DNA of 32,900 nucleotides, taken from the NCBI GenBank assembly GCA_031367385.1, contig JANLPS010000254.1:1-32900 (forward strand), given 5' to 3'. The position numbers and the translations under genes were made by a program. Within the stretch, counting starts at the first letter, position 1, and each line of letters starts with the position of its first letter. The DNA comes from Archangium sp. (GTDB taxonomy: Bacteria > Myxococcota > Myxococcia > Myxococcales > Myxococcaceae). Shown one piece after another: positions 17,273-26,418 of the stretch. The notes under the pieces are model-generated. The model made no database searches and was not told where the DNA came from. It saw nothing but the letters and a program-made list of their open reading frames with translations.

Positions 17273-18333
17273 GTTTTACCCCGAGGAGGTGCGTCGGGTG
17301 GGTTGCCGCACGCCACGCCGTCTCGGCCGGCGGCTTTGACGCTGTACATCGCGTGATCGGCCCGGCGCAGCAGCTCAGCACCGGTCAGATCGTTGAGCTC
17401 GGGGTCGGCGGTCGCGAAGCCGATGCTGGCGGTGAGGCGGAGGGCCAGCTCGAGGCCTCCCGAGAACGAGTTGCTGCGCAGGCGTTCGTGAATGCGCTGG
17501 GCCACCACCTTCGCGCTCTCGGCGTCGGTCTCGAGCAACAGCACGGCGAACTCGTCACCGCCGTAGCGAAAGGCCGAGTCGCACTTACGAATGGCACCCC
17601 GCAGAATGTCGCCGACCTCGCGCAAGACCGCCGAACCGACCTGGTGGCCGTGCTGGTCGTTGACCGCCTTGAACCGGTCGAGGTCGAGAAAGAGCAGCGA
17701 GACGGGGCGATGAAAGCGGCTCATGCGGTGGAGCTCGCGTTTCAGCTCCGCGTGCAAGTGCCGGGCGTTGAAGCACCCGGTGTGCTCATCGTTGATCGAG
17801 AGCGATTGCAGTTGGGTGAAGGTGCTGACGTTTTCGACCGCCATCGCGGTCAGGTCGGCGATGCCGGCGGCGGCGCGGCGTTGGTCTTCGGTGAAGCGGG
17901 GGCTGGCCGTTGCGGCGGCGAGCTCGAGTGCGCCCAGGGTTCGATTTCGAACGAGGAGTGGCAGGGTGAGCACGCTGCGGTCACTGGCGCCGAAGACCGA
18001 GAAGAAGACCGAGTGCTGGTTGATGCTCTGGTGCTCGACGGGGCGGGCAAGCGTGATCGACTCTTGCGGTGCCACCGAAGGCGGCGTCGCAGTGCCCGGG
18101 TCGAGCACCGCGGCGGTGTCTCTCGAGGTGGCCTCGAGGTGGAGCGTCTCGTCTCCCAACCACAGTGCCCACGAGCAATCATTGAGCAGCCCGGCGACGG
18201 TGCGCTCGACGACCTCGAGCACCGAGGGCATGTCGAAGGTCGACATCAGCGCTCGGGCCGTGGAGTTGAAGGCGGCCAGCTGCTCAACCGTGCGCAGAAT
18301 ACCGAACGCGTCTTGGTCGTCGTCGGCGGCCAT
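17269..18333 (-). CDS. GAF-sensor diguanylate cyclase (GGDEF)
   Basis: GAF C-terminal pattern LPLLVRNRTLGALEL...FTEDQ...AMAVEN; DEHTG, DLDRFKAVNDQHGH, RKCD (RxxD I-site) and RYGGDEF. GGAGG RBS before the ATG. Confidence 0.93.
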   Translation of the reverse strand: MAADDDQDAFGILRTVEQLAAFNSTARALMSTFDMPSVLEVVERTVAGLLNDCSWALWLGDETLHLEATSRDTAAVLDPGTATPPSVAPQESITLARPVEHQSINQHSVFFSVFGASDRSVLTLPLLVRNRTLGALELAAATASPRFTEDQRRAAAGIADLTAMAVENVSTFTQLQSLSINDEHTGCFNARHLHAELKRELHRMSRFHRPVSLLFLDLDRFKAVNDQHGHQVGSAVLREVGDILRGAIRKCDSAFRYGGDEFAVLLLETDAESAKVVAQRIHERLRSNSFSGGLELALRLTASIGFATADPELNDLTGAELLRRADHAMYSVKAAGRDGVACGNPPDAPPRGKT

Positions 18334-18345
18334 CAGGGGCCTCCG

Positions 18346-18546
18346 TTACACCCATCTGCTGACGTCGATGCCGCGGTCTTTGGCGACTTGCTTGGCAGCG
18401 GCCTGCTGATCGCCCGGCAGTTGCTCCCAGATGCCCTTGAGGGTCACGGCTTCAGCGAGGGTGATCTGAATCTGGCCCTCGAGCGCGGTGACATTGTTGG
18501 TTGCGAAGTCTTGCAGCTGCGCCTTGAACGCGTCGAGCGGGGTCAT
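18346..18546 (-). CDS. Small hypothetical protein (66 aa, MTPLDAFKAQ...)
   Basis: ATG at 18546, G/C-ending codons, helical-looking sequence. Its stop is immediately followed by the RBS of the cyclase. The track's 18606 start would nearly abut the divergent addB start. Confidence 0.65.
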   Translation of the reverse strand: MTPLDAFKAQLQDFATNNVTALEGQIQITLAEAVTLKGIWEQLPGDQQAAAKQVAKDRGIDVSRWV

Positions 18547-18608
18547 GCGTGGTGTCTTAGCGAATTTTGGGGGGCCTTGGTGGAGTGAAGAGGGAGTAGA
18601 CAGCACAG

Positions 18609-21600
18609 GTGTTCAGCATTTGCAGGCGTGCCAGTGAGCGATTGGCTCGAGCCCGTGAGGTGCTCGCCGCGGTGCCCAACGATGCGCCGGTGGTGGTGCT
18701 CGCGGGCAGCGCGGAGGCCGCGGCGTCGCTGGTTCGAGGCCTGCGTCGGTCGACCTTCGGGTGGCAGCGGCTGACGTTTTCGAGGTTCGCGGCGGTGTCG
18801 GCCGAGCCGCTGCTGCTCGAGGGCGGGCTCACGGTCGCTTCGGGGCTCTCGCTCGACGCGGTGTGGACGAGGGTGGTCTTCGAGCTCCGGCGCGAGGGGC
18901 GGCTGGGGCGGTTCTCGCCGATTGAAGAGACTCCCGGGTTGGCGAGGGCACTTCACCGCAGCGTTGAGGAGCTGCGGCTGGCGGGCGCGACGCCGCAGAG
19001 CGTCGAGGTCGATCTGCGGGAGGCGTGGACGGCGTGGGAGGCGCTGATGAAGGAGCTGCGATTGGCCGATCGCGCGAGGGTGCTCGAGCTGGGTGCGTCA
19101 GCGCTCGGCGCTCGAGCGGGGGCTGGGCCGGTGGTGGTTGCGCTCGATGTGCCGCTCGAGCATGCGCTCGAGGTGCGGTTCGCGGCGGCGGTGAAGGAGT
19201 TTGCGAAATCGATGGTGGTGGTTGCGCCCGAGGGCGATGCGCGGTCGGTCGCGGGGTGGGCGCGGGTGATGGGTGAATCGCCCGTGGTGCTGCCAACCGG
19301 GGGCGTGGGCGATCTGGCGACTCTGCAACGGCGGTTGTTCGCACGCGCTGAGGGCCTCGAAGCACCGGGCAGATCCGAGCTCACCTCAGAAATTCGAAGT
19401 GTGAGCAGCCCGGTCGAACTGCTTTCCGCCCCCGGCGAATCGCGCGAGTGCGTCGAGCTCGCCCGCCGCATTCTCGATCACGCCCGCGCCGGAGTCTCCT
19501 TCGAGCGAATGGCCGTTCTCCTGCGCAGCCCGCAAAGCTACCGCGGCCCGCTCCAAGAGGCCCTCCGCCGCGCCGGCATCCCCGCGTACTTCGCTACTGG
19601 CACCCGCCGACCCGACGTCGCCGGCCGCGCCATGCTGGCCCTGCTCGCCTGTGCCCACGACGGCCTCTCGGCGCGCCGCTTCGCCGAGTACCTCTCGCTC
19701 GCCCAGGTGCCCAAAGACGACGCCGGAGCGCCGCCCCCCGCACTCGCCTCGGCCGAGCGCTTCGTCTCACCCGACGACGACGCCACCGGCCTGGTCGAAG
19801 ACACCTCACCCGACGAGCCCAACCCCGTCGATGCCCAAGACGCCGAAGACGAGGCCAATGACGACCCCGAGAAGCCAGTCGTCGCCGGCAGCCTCCGTGC
19901 ACCCTGGCGGTGGGAGCGCCTGATGGTCGATGCCGCGATCATCGGGGGCACCACCCGCTGGAGAAACCGTCTCGGGGGCCTGCGAAGAAAGCGCGAGGTC
20001 GAGCTCACGGTGCCCGAGCTCTCCGATGGCCGCCGCGACATGATCGGCCGCGAGCTCGCCGATCTCACCGCCCTCGAGGCCTACGCCCTCCCCCTGCTCG
20101 AGACCCTCGCCGCCCTCCCCGCCCAGGCCCCCTGGAGCGACTGGCTCGACGCCCTCTCCTCCCTCGCCACCCGAGCCCTCAGGTCGCCCCAGCGGGTGCT
20201 CGGCGTGCTGCAAGAGCTCGCGCCCCTCGGTCAGGTCGGGCCGGTCACCCTCGTCGAAGTGCGCGCCACCCTCACCCCGCGCCTGCTCGAGCTGACCGAC
20301 CGAGACGAGAAGAACGCCACCGGCAAGCTCTACGTCGCCCCGGTCGACGCCGCGCGAGGGCTCGACTTCGAGGTCGTCTTCGTCCCCGGTCTGGCCGAGC
20401 GCCTGTTCCCCCAGAAGGTTCGCGAAGACCCGTTGCTGCCCGATTCGGCGCGCGCCAGCCTCGATCTCGGCCTCGAGACCAACGAAGGCCGGGTCGAAAG
20501 TGAACGACTCGCGCTCAGCCTCGCCGTCGGCGCCGCCTCGAAGGCCCTCGTGCTCAGCTGGCCCCGCATCGAAGCCGAGCATGCCCGCCCCCGAGTGCCC
20601 TCGTTCTACGTGCTCGAGGTGCTGCAGGCCGTGCACGGCACCCTGCCCAGCTTTGAAGCCGCCCAGCGCAGCGCCGAAATCGCCGGAGGCGCCCGCCTCG
20701 GCTGGCCCGCTCCCAGCTCACCCACCCAGGCCATCGACGAGACCGAGTACGACCTCGCCGTGCTCGACGCAGTGCTCCGCGGCCGAGAGACCCGCGAGGG
20801 CAGCGCGTATTACCTGATGCAGCAAAACCCCAGCCTCGCCCGAGCCTTGCGCACCCGCTACATGCGGTGGACGCAGAGCCGCTGGACGAAGGCCGACGGC
20901 CTGGTGCTCAACGGCCCCCTCGAGGCGCTCGCGTTGAACGCTCACGCGCTCAGCGCCCGGGCGTTCGCTCCAACCGCGCTCGAGAAGTTCGCCGCGTGCC
21001 CGTACAAGTTCATTCTCTCGGCGGTGCACCGGCTGCAACCGATGCGCATGCCCGAGGCGATCGAGGCCATCGGCCCGCTCGAGAAAGGCTCGCTGGTGCA
21101 CGAGGTGCAGTTCAAGCTGCTCTCGGCCTTTCGCGACGAGAAAATCGCCATCACCCGCGAGACCTTGCCGGCGCTCTTCACCCGCCTCGACGCGATGGTC
21201 GAAGCGGTCGCCGAAGAATTTCATGACACCTACGCCCCCGCCATCGACCGCGTCTGGCGAGACGGAGTCGACACCACCAAGGCCGACCTGCGCGAGTGGC
21301 TGCGCCGAATCGCCGACGACGCGGTCTGGCACCCGTGGCGCTTCGAGCTGAGCTTCGGCTTGCCGCTGAGCGAGCAACGCGACCCGCACAGCCAGCGCGA
21401 GCCCGTCGCCATCGACGCCGGAGTCACCCTCCGCGGCTCGATCGACCTGGTCGAGCAGAGCGTTCAAGGCGCCGCGCGGGCCACCGACTACAAAACCGGT
21501 CGCGCCCGCGCCCAGCCGGGCAACGTCGTCGGCGGTGGCCGCCAGCTTCAGCCCGCGCTCTACGCGCTGGTGCTCGAGAAGATGCTGCCCGGCATCACCA

Positions 21601-21887
21601 TCGACTCGAGCCGTCTTTACTACTGCACCCAGGTCGGCGGCTTTCAGAGCGTGCCGACCGCGCTCGACCACAAGACCCGCGAGGCCGTCGGCGACGTGAT
21701 GAAAGCGCTGAGCGCTTCGTTCGAGAAGGGCTTCTTCCCCGCGGTGCCAGAGAAGGGCGAGTGCCGGTTCTGTGACTACCAGCCGATCTGCGGCCCTGAT
21801 GAAGAGCGCCGGGCCGCGAAGAAAATGGCCAGCGCATACTCACGGCAAGAGGTCGACCTGCTGCAGAAAGTGCGAAACCTGCCGTAG
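18609..21887 (+). CDS. addB: ATP-dependent helicase/nuclease subunit B (AddB/RexB-like): inactive helicase fold plus PD-(D/E)xK nuclease with 4-Cys Fe-S staple
   Basis: MAVLLRSPQSY, ARGLDFEVVFVPGLAERLFP, RPRVPS, PTALEKFAACPY, GSLVH, RFELSFG, LRGSIDLVE, TDYKTG, QPALYA, CRFCDYQPIC. The addA partner is nearby. Confidence 0.88.
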   Translation: MFSICRRASERLARAREVLAAVPNDAPVVVLAGSAEAAASLVRGLRRSTFGWQRLTFSRFAAVSAEPLLLEGGLTVASGLSLDAVWTRVVFELRREGRLGRFSPIEETPGLARALHRSVEELRLAGATPQSVEVDLREAWTAWEALMKELRLADRARVLELGASALGARAGAGPVVVALDVPLEHALEVRFAAAVKEFAKSMVVVAPEGDARSVAGWARVMGESPVVLPTGGVGDLATLQRRLFARAEGLEAPGRSELTSEIRSVSSPVELLSAPGESRECVELARRILDHARAGVSFERMAVLLRSPQSYRGPLQEALRRAGIPAYFATGTRRPDVAGRAMLALLACAHDGLSARRFAEYLSLAQVPKDDAGAPPPALASAERFVSPDDDATGLVEDTSPDEPNPVDAQDAEDEANDDPEKPVVAGSLRAPWRWERLMVDAAIIGGTTRWRNRLGGLRRKREVELTVPELSDGRRDMIGRELADLTALEAYALPLLETLAALPAQAPWSDWLDALSSLATRALRSPQRVLGVLQELAPLGQVGPVTLVEVRATLTPRLLELTDRDEKNATGKLYVAPVDAARGLDFEVVFVPGLAERLFPQKVREDPLLPDSARASLDLGLETNEGRVESERLALSLAVGAASKALVLSWPRIEAEHARPRVPSFYVLEVLQAVHGTLPSFEAAQRSAEIAGGARLGWPAPSSPTQAIDETEYDLAVLDAVLRGRETREGSAYYLMQQNPSLARALRTRYMRWTQSRWTKADGLVLNGPLEALALNAHALSARAFAPTALEKFAACPYKFILSAVHRLQPMRMPEAIEAIGPLEKGSLVHEVQFKLLSAFRDEKIAITRETLPALFTRLDAMVEAVAEEFHDTYAPAIDRVWRDGVDTTKADLREWLRRIADDAVWHPWRFELSFGLPLSEQRDPHSQREPVAIDAGVTLRGSIDLVEQSVQGAARATDYKTGRARAQPGNVVGGGRQLQPALYALVLEKMLPGITIDSSRLYYCTQVGGFQSVPTALDHKTREAVGDVMKALSASFEKGFFPAVPEKGECRFCDYQPICGPDEERRAAKKMASAYSRQEVDLLQKVRNLP

Positions 21888-21929
21888 CGACGGGAGCCCA
21901 AGGTCGGCAGCTGACGCCGCCGTGTGTGT

Positions 21930-21962
21930 GAAGCGCCTCCAAGGGTCACCTTGGGGGCCTTC
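21930..21962. terminator. Stem-loop between convergent addB and lipoprotein genes; probable terminator
   Basis: GCCTCCAAGG-GTCA-CCTTGGGGGC: 10-bp stem with one G-U pair, extendable with GAAG/CTTC. No long U tract. Confidence 0.5.
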
Positions 21963-21988
21963 GTGCTGCCTAATCGCGAAAGCCGCAC

Positions 21989-22879
21989 TCAGTGAAAAGT
22001 CGCGCTCCCTGAGACGCCCGCCGCACGGGCCGTGAAGGTGATCGCGAACTCGCCAGCGGTGAATGACTTCGTCGCTGTGTTCTCGACGGTGACCGAGCCC
22101 GACAGATACGGCTGCATTTCACTGATCACCGCGGCGGGCACCATCGCTGAGCCGGCGCTCGCCGGGTAGCCGCACTCGATGCTCACCGACGCGCGCGGAG
22201 TGCTCGTGCCCGCCGCGAGCGTCACCAGCACCGTGCCAGACGCACCGCCCGACCAGGTCACGGCCAGCGGCACCGCACGACTGAGCGAGCCACATTGATC
22301 ATTCGGGCACACCGGAGCCGAGACGGAGATCGCCGAAGGCGCCACCACGCTCTGCCCCGAGAATGCCGGTACGTCGCCGCCGGTACCACTGGCCGTCAGC
22401 GTCTCGCCCCCCGCCCAGAGCGGGTCGAGATACGCCGCGCTGTACCCATCGAAACCGCCCCGGTTGACGAGCGCGAGCCCCGCGTCGAGCAAGGTGCCAG
22501 TGATGGTGAGCATGCCTGCTTCGGCGGTGTGAACCGAGACGGTGCCTCCATCTGAGCCGTCGACACAGCGGCGAATGGTACAGGCCCCCGCGACGGTCAC
22601 GGTGCAGCGGTCGATCGCATTCGAGATCGAGAAGCTCGCCGAAACCACGGCTGACGTCGCACTCTGAGACATCTCGATCTGCCCTTGCTTGAGCGCTCCG
22701 CTGACCACGGTGCCACCATCACCAGGCGAGAGACCCGAGTCACGCGTGCCCGCATCAATGCCGCCGACTTGTCCGGCATCGCCCGCAGCGACCACGCCAC
22801 CGTCAGTCTGGGTCGACCCCGATGGGCACCCCAGCAGCCCCACGCACCCGATCACCAGAACGATTTGAACAAGTCGCAT
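21989..22879 (-). CDS. Putative lipoprotein of unknown function
   Basis: Signal peptide MRLVQIVLVIGCVGLLG-C (lipobox), DGG/DAG linker repeats, and a beta-rich Ser/Thr/Gly domain with paired Cys. Confidence 0.8.
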   Translation of the reverse strand: MRLVQIVLVIGCVGLLGCPSGSTQTDGGVVAAGDAGQVGGIDAGTRDSGLSPGDGGTVVSGALKQGQIEMSQSATSAVVSASFSISNAIDRCTVTVAGACTIRRCVDGSDGGTVSVHTAEAGMLTITGTLLDAGLALVNRGGFDGYSAAYLDPLWAGGETLTASGTGGDVPAFSGQSVVAPSAISVSAPVCPNDQCGSLSRAVPLAVTWSGGASGTVLVTLAAGTSTPRASVSIECGYPASAGSAMVPAAVISEMQPYLSGSVTVENTATKSFTAGEFAITFTARAAGVSGSATFH

Positions 22880-22986
22880 CGCCCGCCTCTATCACCGCCA
22901 GTGGGCAGGAGAAATCCGCGTGGGCGCCCGATTCAGTCAACCCACGACTGCGCACCGCCATCGCGCTAACACTGCCGCGCACCGCC

Positions 22987-25900
22987 ATGCTCGCCGACGC
23001 CGCCGCCAGAGCGCACCTGCTCGAAGATCTCGACTCGACCTTCGTAGTCGAGGCCGCCGCTGGCACGGGCAAGACCACCGTGCTGGTCGCCCGCATCGTC
23101 GCGGTCGTTCGGGCCGGCAAGGCCACGCTCGAGCAGATCATCTCGGTCACCTTCACCGAGAAAGCCGCTGGCGAGATGAAGCTGCGCCTGCGCGAAGCCC
23201 TCGAGCGCGCAAGAGAAGAGGCCATCGGAGTCGAGGCCACGAGGCTCCGCCAGGCCCTGCAGCACCTCGAGGTCGCCCGCATCGGCACCATTCACGGCCT
23301 GTGCGCCGACCTGCTGCGCGAATACCCCGTCGAGGCACAGGTCGACCCCCTCTTCGAGGTCGCCGCCGAAGACGGCGCTGAGAGCCTCTTCGAGGCCGCC
23401 TTCACCCACTGGTTCGAGCGCGTGCTCAGCGACCCGCCCGAAGGCGTTCGCCGATTGTTGCGCCGAACCCCGCGAAGCGCGGCCGAAGATCCTCCACGCG
23501 TCAGGCTGCAGCAGGCGGCCCTGCAGCTGTCAGATCACCGCGACTTTCAGACCGCATGGAGGCGGCCCCCGTTCGACCGTCACAAGGTCATCGATGAGGT
23601 GCTCGCCTCGCTCGAGGCGGTGGCGGCGACGGTCGCCAAGCTGACCCAGCCCGATGAGAAGCAGGCCTTCGTCAAGAGCCTGCGTGAAATCGACCGCTTC
23701 GTCGACGACGTGCGCCACCGCGAACGCGTTCGCGAGCGCGACTACGACGGCCTCGAGGCGTCGCTGCGTGAGCTCTCGTTCGACTACAACTGGTCGAAGC
23801 AGCCGTACCGCCTGGGGTTCAATGGCCTGACCGTACAGCAGGTCGTGACCCTGAGGGCCCAGGCGTATGACGCGCTCAAGTCGATGATCGCCCAGAGTGA
23901 AGGTGACCTCGCGGCGTGTCTTCAAACCGAGCTGCGACCGGTGCTCGACGCCTACGAGCTCGAGAAGGCGCGCTCGGGTACCCTCGACTTCGTCGACCTG
24001 CTGCTCAAGACGCGCGAGCTGCTGCGAGACCACAAGAGTGTTCGCCAATCGCTCCAGCGGCGCTTCACCAAGCTCTTCGTCGACGAATTTCAAGACACCG
24101 ACCCGCTGCAGACCGAGATTTTGCTGCTGCTGGCGGCGACCGATGCGAGCACCGACGAGGCATTCGCGGCGACTCCGGTGCCCGGCAAGCTCTTCGTCGT
24201 CGGAGACCCGAAGCAATCGATCTACCGATTTCGCCGCGCCGACATCACCCTCTACGAGCGGGTGAAGCAGCATCTGATCTCCCACGGCGCGCGGGTCGAA
24301 TACCTGCAGACCAGCTTTCGCAGCACGCCGGGCATTCAGCTCGCGGTGAACGAGGCCTTTTCGCGAGCGATGACGCCCAATGTCGTCGGCCAGGCCCAGT
24401 ACGTGCGGCTCGAGCCATTTCGCGCCAAACACGTCACCCAGCCGAGCGTGATCGCCCTCTCGGTGCCCCGGCCCTTCAGCCCCTGGGGCAAGGTGCAGAA
24501 ATCGGCGGTCGAAGCGTCGACGCCGAACGCAGTCTGCGCGTTCATCGACTTCTTGCTGACCAAAAGCGGGTGGACGGTCGACGAAGACGGTGAGCGAGTC
24601 GCGGTTCAGGCGCGGCACGTGTGCATTTTGTTCAAGCGTTTTCGCGGGTGGAACGGTGAAGACATACCCCGGGCGTATGCGCGAGAGCTCGAGGCCCGGC
24701 ACATCGCCCACGTGTTGGTCGGCGGCCGTTCTTTTCACGCCCGCGAAGAGATTCTCGCCCTGCGCACCGCGATGCGCGCGATCGAATGGCCCGACGATGA
24801 GCTCTCGGTCTTCGCGACCTTGCGTGGCCCGTTCATGGCGGTCGGCGACGAGGCGTTGCTGCTCTATAAAAACGAGTTCAAGCGACTGCGAGCACCGAAG
24901 AAAGGGGCCGAGGTCTCACAAGCGCTCAAGCCGGTGGTCGAGGGGCTGGCGCTGCTTCGGGCGCTCCATTTTGCCCGTGCCAAGCAGAGCGTCTCGCGCA
25001 CCCTGCAGCAGTTTCTCGAGGCCACCCGCGCCGTTGCCGGAGTCGCCTTCTGGACCGCCGGCGACCAGGCCCTCGCCAACGTGATTCATTTCGTCGATCG
25101 CGCCAAGCGGCTCGAGACCCGGGCGACCTCGTTTCGGCAGGTCATCGAGCTCTTCGAAGCCGAAGCCGACAGCGGTGGCTCGCGTGAAGCGCCGATCGTC
25201 GAAGAGGGCACCGATGGCGTGCGCATGATGACGGTGCATGGTGCCAAGGGCCTCGAATTTCCCGTGGTGATTCTGGCCGAGCCGACGGCGAACGCCGCGA
25301 GAAAAAGGCCCTCGCATTGGGTCGACCCCGAGCGCCGAGTGTGGGCCCAGAGCCTCGCCGACTGCGAACCGTGGGACCTGCGCGATCACGAGACCGAAGT
25401 GCTCGAGCTCGACCGACACGAGAGCCTGCGCTTGGCCTACGTCGCGGCCACCCGTGCCAGAGACCTGCTGGTCGTGCCCGCGGTCGGTGATGACAGCCTC
25501 CGCGACACGTGGACCGAGCCTCTCTACCCGTCGATCTACCCGGCGCCGGGCACCGCGGGGGCTCCGAGAAAGGCCCCGGGCTGCCCCGACTTTGGCTTCG
25601 ATTGCGTGCTCGATCGCCAAGGCCCCATGCCCGAAAATGCACCGCGGCCTGGGTTGCATGTAGCGGCGACCCGAACCCACGGCGTCGTCTGGTGGGACCC
25701 CGCGACGCTGCCGTTGGTGGTGGGCGAGAGCGGTGGCCTGCAGTCTGAAGACGCGCTCAAAAATTTTGGGGCAGCCCAGGAGTCGCTCGAGGCGTTCGGA
25801 GCGTGGAGCACGGCCAAGGCGACGGTGGCCTCGACCGCGTCAGTGCCGGCGCTCAAGGTGGTGACCGCGCGCTCGCTCGAAGCAGGCGATTCAGATGACG

Positions 25901-26379
25901 CAGTGCCCATCGCCGAGGCGAGAACCGATGCGACCCGCGAGGGGCGACCGCGGGGCCGCCGCTTCGGTGAGCTCGTGCACGGCGTGCTCGCGCGCGTGGC
26001 CTTCGAGATCACCCGGCCGGCGTTGGCGGCGCAGGTCGAGCGGCTGGCGCGCACGCTGCTCGCGTCGGGTGACGAGCAACGCTGGGCGGTCGAGGCGGCG
26101 TGGTCAGCCTTGCATCACCCGTTGCTCGAAGCCGCTGCCAAGGCCGACGAGGTTCGCCGCGAGGCCCCGGTGACCTACCTGCGGGCCGATGGAGTGCTCA
26201 TCGAAGGTGTCGTCGACCTGGCCTTTCGCAGCGGCGAGTCGTGGCAGGTGGTCGAGTTCAAGACCGACGACACCCTCGAGCGTCACCGCGACGAGTACGT
26301 GGCGCAAACCCGGGCCTATATGGCCGCGATTTCGGCAGCGACCGGGGTGAAGGCGCAGGGCACGCTGCTGCTGGTCTGA
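22987..26379 (+). CDS. addA: ATP-dependent helicase/nuclease subunit A (AddA/RexA-like): UvrD helicase plus C-terminal PD-(D/E)xK nuclease
   Basis: EAAAGTGKT Walker A, TFTEKAAGEM, GTIHG, VDEFQDT, VGDPKQSIYRFRRAD, SFRS, MTVHGAKGLEFP, YVAATRARD, GELVH, GVVDL, VVEFKT. Start set to ATG 22987 (MLADAAAR) to avoid overlap with the lipoprotein gene. Confidence 0.93.
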   Translation: MLADAAARAHLLEDLDSTFVVEAAAGTGKTTVLVARIVAVVRAGKATLEQIISVTFTEKAAGEMKLRLREALERAREEAIGVEATRLRQALQHLEVARIGTIHGLCADLLREYPVEAQVDPLFEVAAEDGAESLFEAAFTHWFERVLSDPPEGVRRLLRRTPRSAAEDPPRVRLQQAALQLSDHRDFQTAWRRPPFDRHKVIDEVLASLEAVAATVAKLTQPDEKQAFVKSLREIDRFVDDVRHRERVRERDYDGLEASLRELSFDYNWSKQPYRLGFNGLTVQQVVTLRAQAYDALKSMIAQSEGDLAACLQTELRPVLDAYELEKARSGTLDFVDLLLKTRELLRDHKSVRQSLQRRFTKLFVDEFQDTDPLQTEILLLLAATDASTDEAFAATPVPGKLFVVGDPKQSIYRFRRADITLYERVKQHLISHGARVEYLQTSFRSTPGIQLAVNEAFSRAMTPNVVGQAQYVRLEPFRAKHVTQPSVIALSVPRPFSPWGKVQKSAVEASTPNAVCAFIDFLLTKSGWTVDEDGERVAVQARHVCILFKRFRGWNGEDIPRAYARELEARHIAHVLVGGRSFHAREEILALRTAMRAIEWPDDELSVFATLRGPFMAVGDEALLLYKNEFKRLRAPKKGAEVSQALKPVVEGLALLRALHFARAKQSVSRTLQQFLEATRAVAGVAFWTAGDQALANVIHFVDRAKRLETRATSFRQVIELFEAEADSGGSREAPIVEEGTDGVRMMTVHGAKGLEFPVVILAEPTANAARKRPSHWVDPERRVWAQSLADCEPWDLRDHETEVLELDRHESLRLAYVAATRARDLLVVPAVGDDSLRDTWTEPLYPSIYPAPGTAGAPRKAPGCPDFGFDCVLDRQGPMPENAPRPGLHVAATRTHGVVWWDPATLPLVVGESGGLQSEDALKNFGAAQESLEAFGAWSTAKATVASTASVPALKVVTARSLEAGDSDDAVPIAEARTDATREGRPRGRRFGELVHGVLARVAFEITRPALAAQVERLARTLLASGDEQRWAVEAAWSALHHPLLEAAAKADEVRREAPVTYLRADGVLIEGVVDLAFRSGESWQVVEFKTDDTLERHRDEYVAQTRAYMAAISAATGVKAQGTLLLV

Positions 26380-26413
26380 CCCCGCTGGCTGAAGGTCACA
26401 TTCACCGGTGGGG
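26380..26413. terminator. Imperfect stem-loop filling the gap between convergent addA and orphan gene
   Basis: CCCCGCTGG-C-TGAA-ggtcaca-TTCA-CCGGTGGGG, with G-U pairs and one bulge. Confidence 0.45.
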
Positions 26414-26418
26414 CCGTG

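Noticed and set aside
17248..18588. 446-aa + strand ORF and other long antisense ORFs (e.g. 23530-24738, 28857-29978, 20718-21671, 19806-20636)
   Set aside because: Shadow ORFs opposite well-supported genes, as expected from high-GC codon bias; no recognisable motifs.
20960..21800. Cas4-like nuclease suggesting a CRISPR or defence system
   Set aside because: The Fe-S PD-(D/E)xK domain is the normal C-terminus of AddB, addA is adjacent, and no repeat-spacer array or cas gene is visible.
22822..22986. Longer N-termini from the ORF track for addA (22822), PKS B (8534), the DUF1592 gene (28017) and the methyltransferase (32024)
   Set aside because: They overlap neighbouring genes or promoters or bury a signal peptide. 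Downstream starts fit family N-termini or ATGA/GTGA coupling better.
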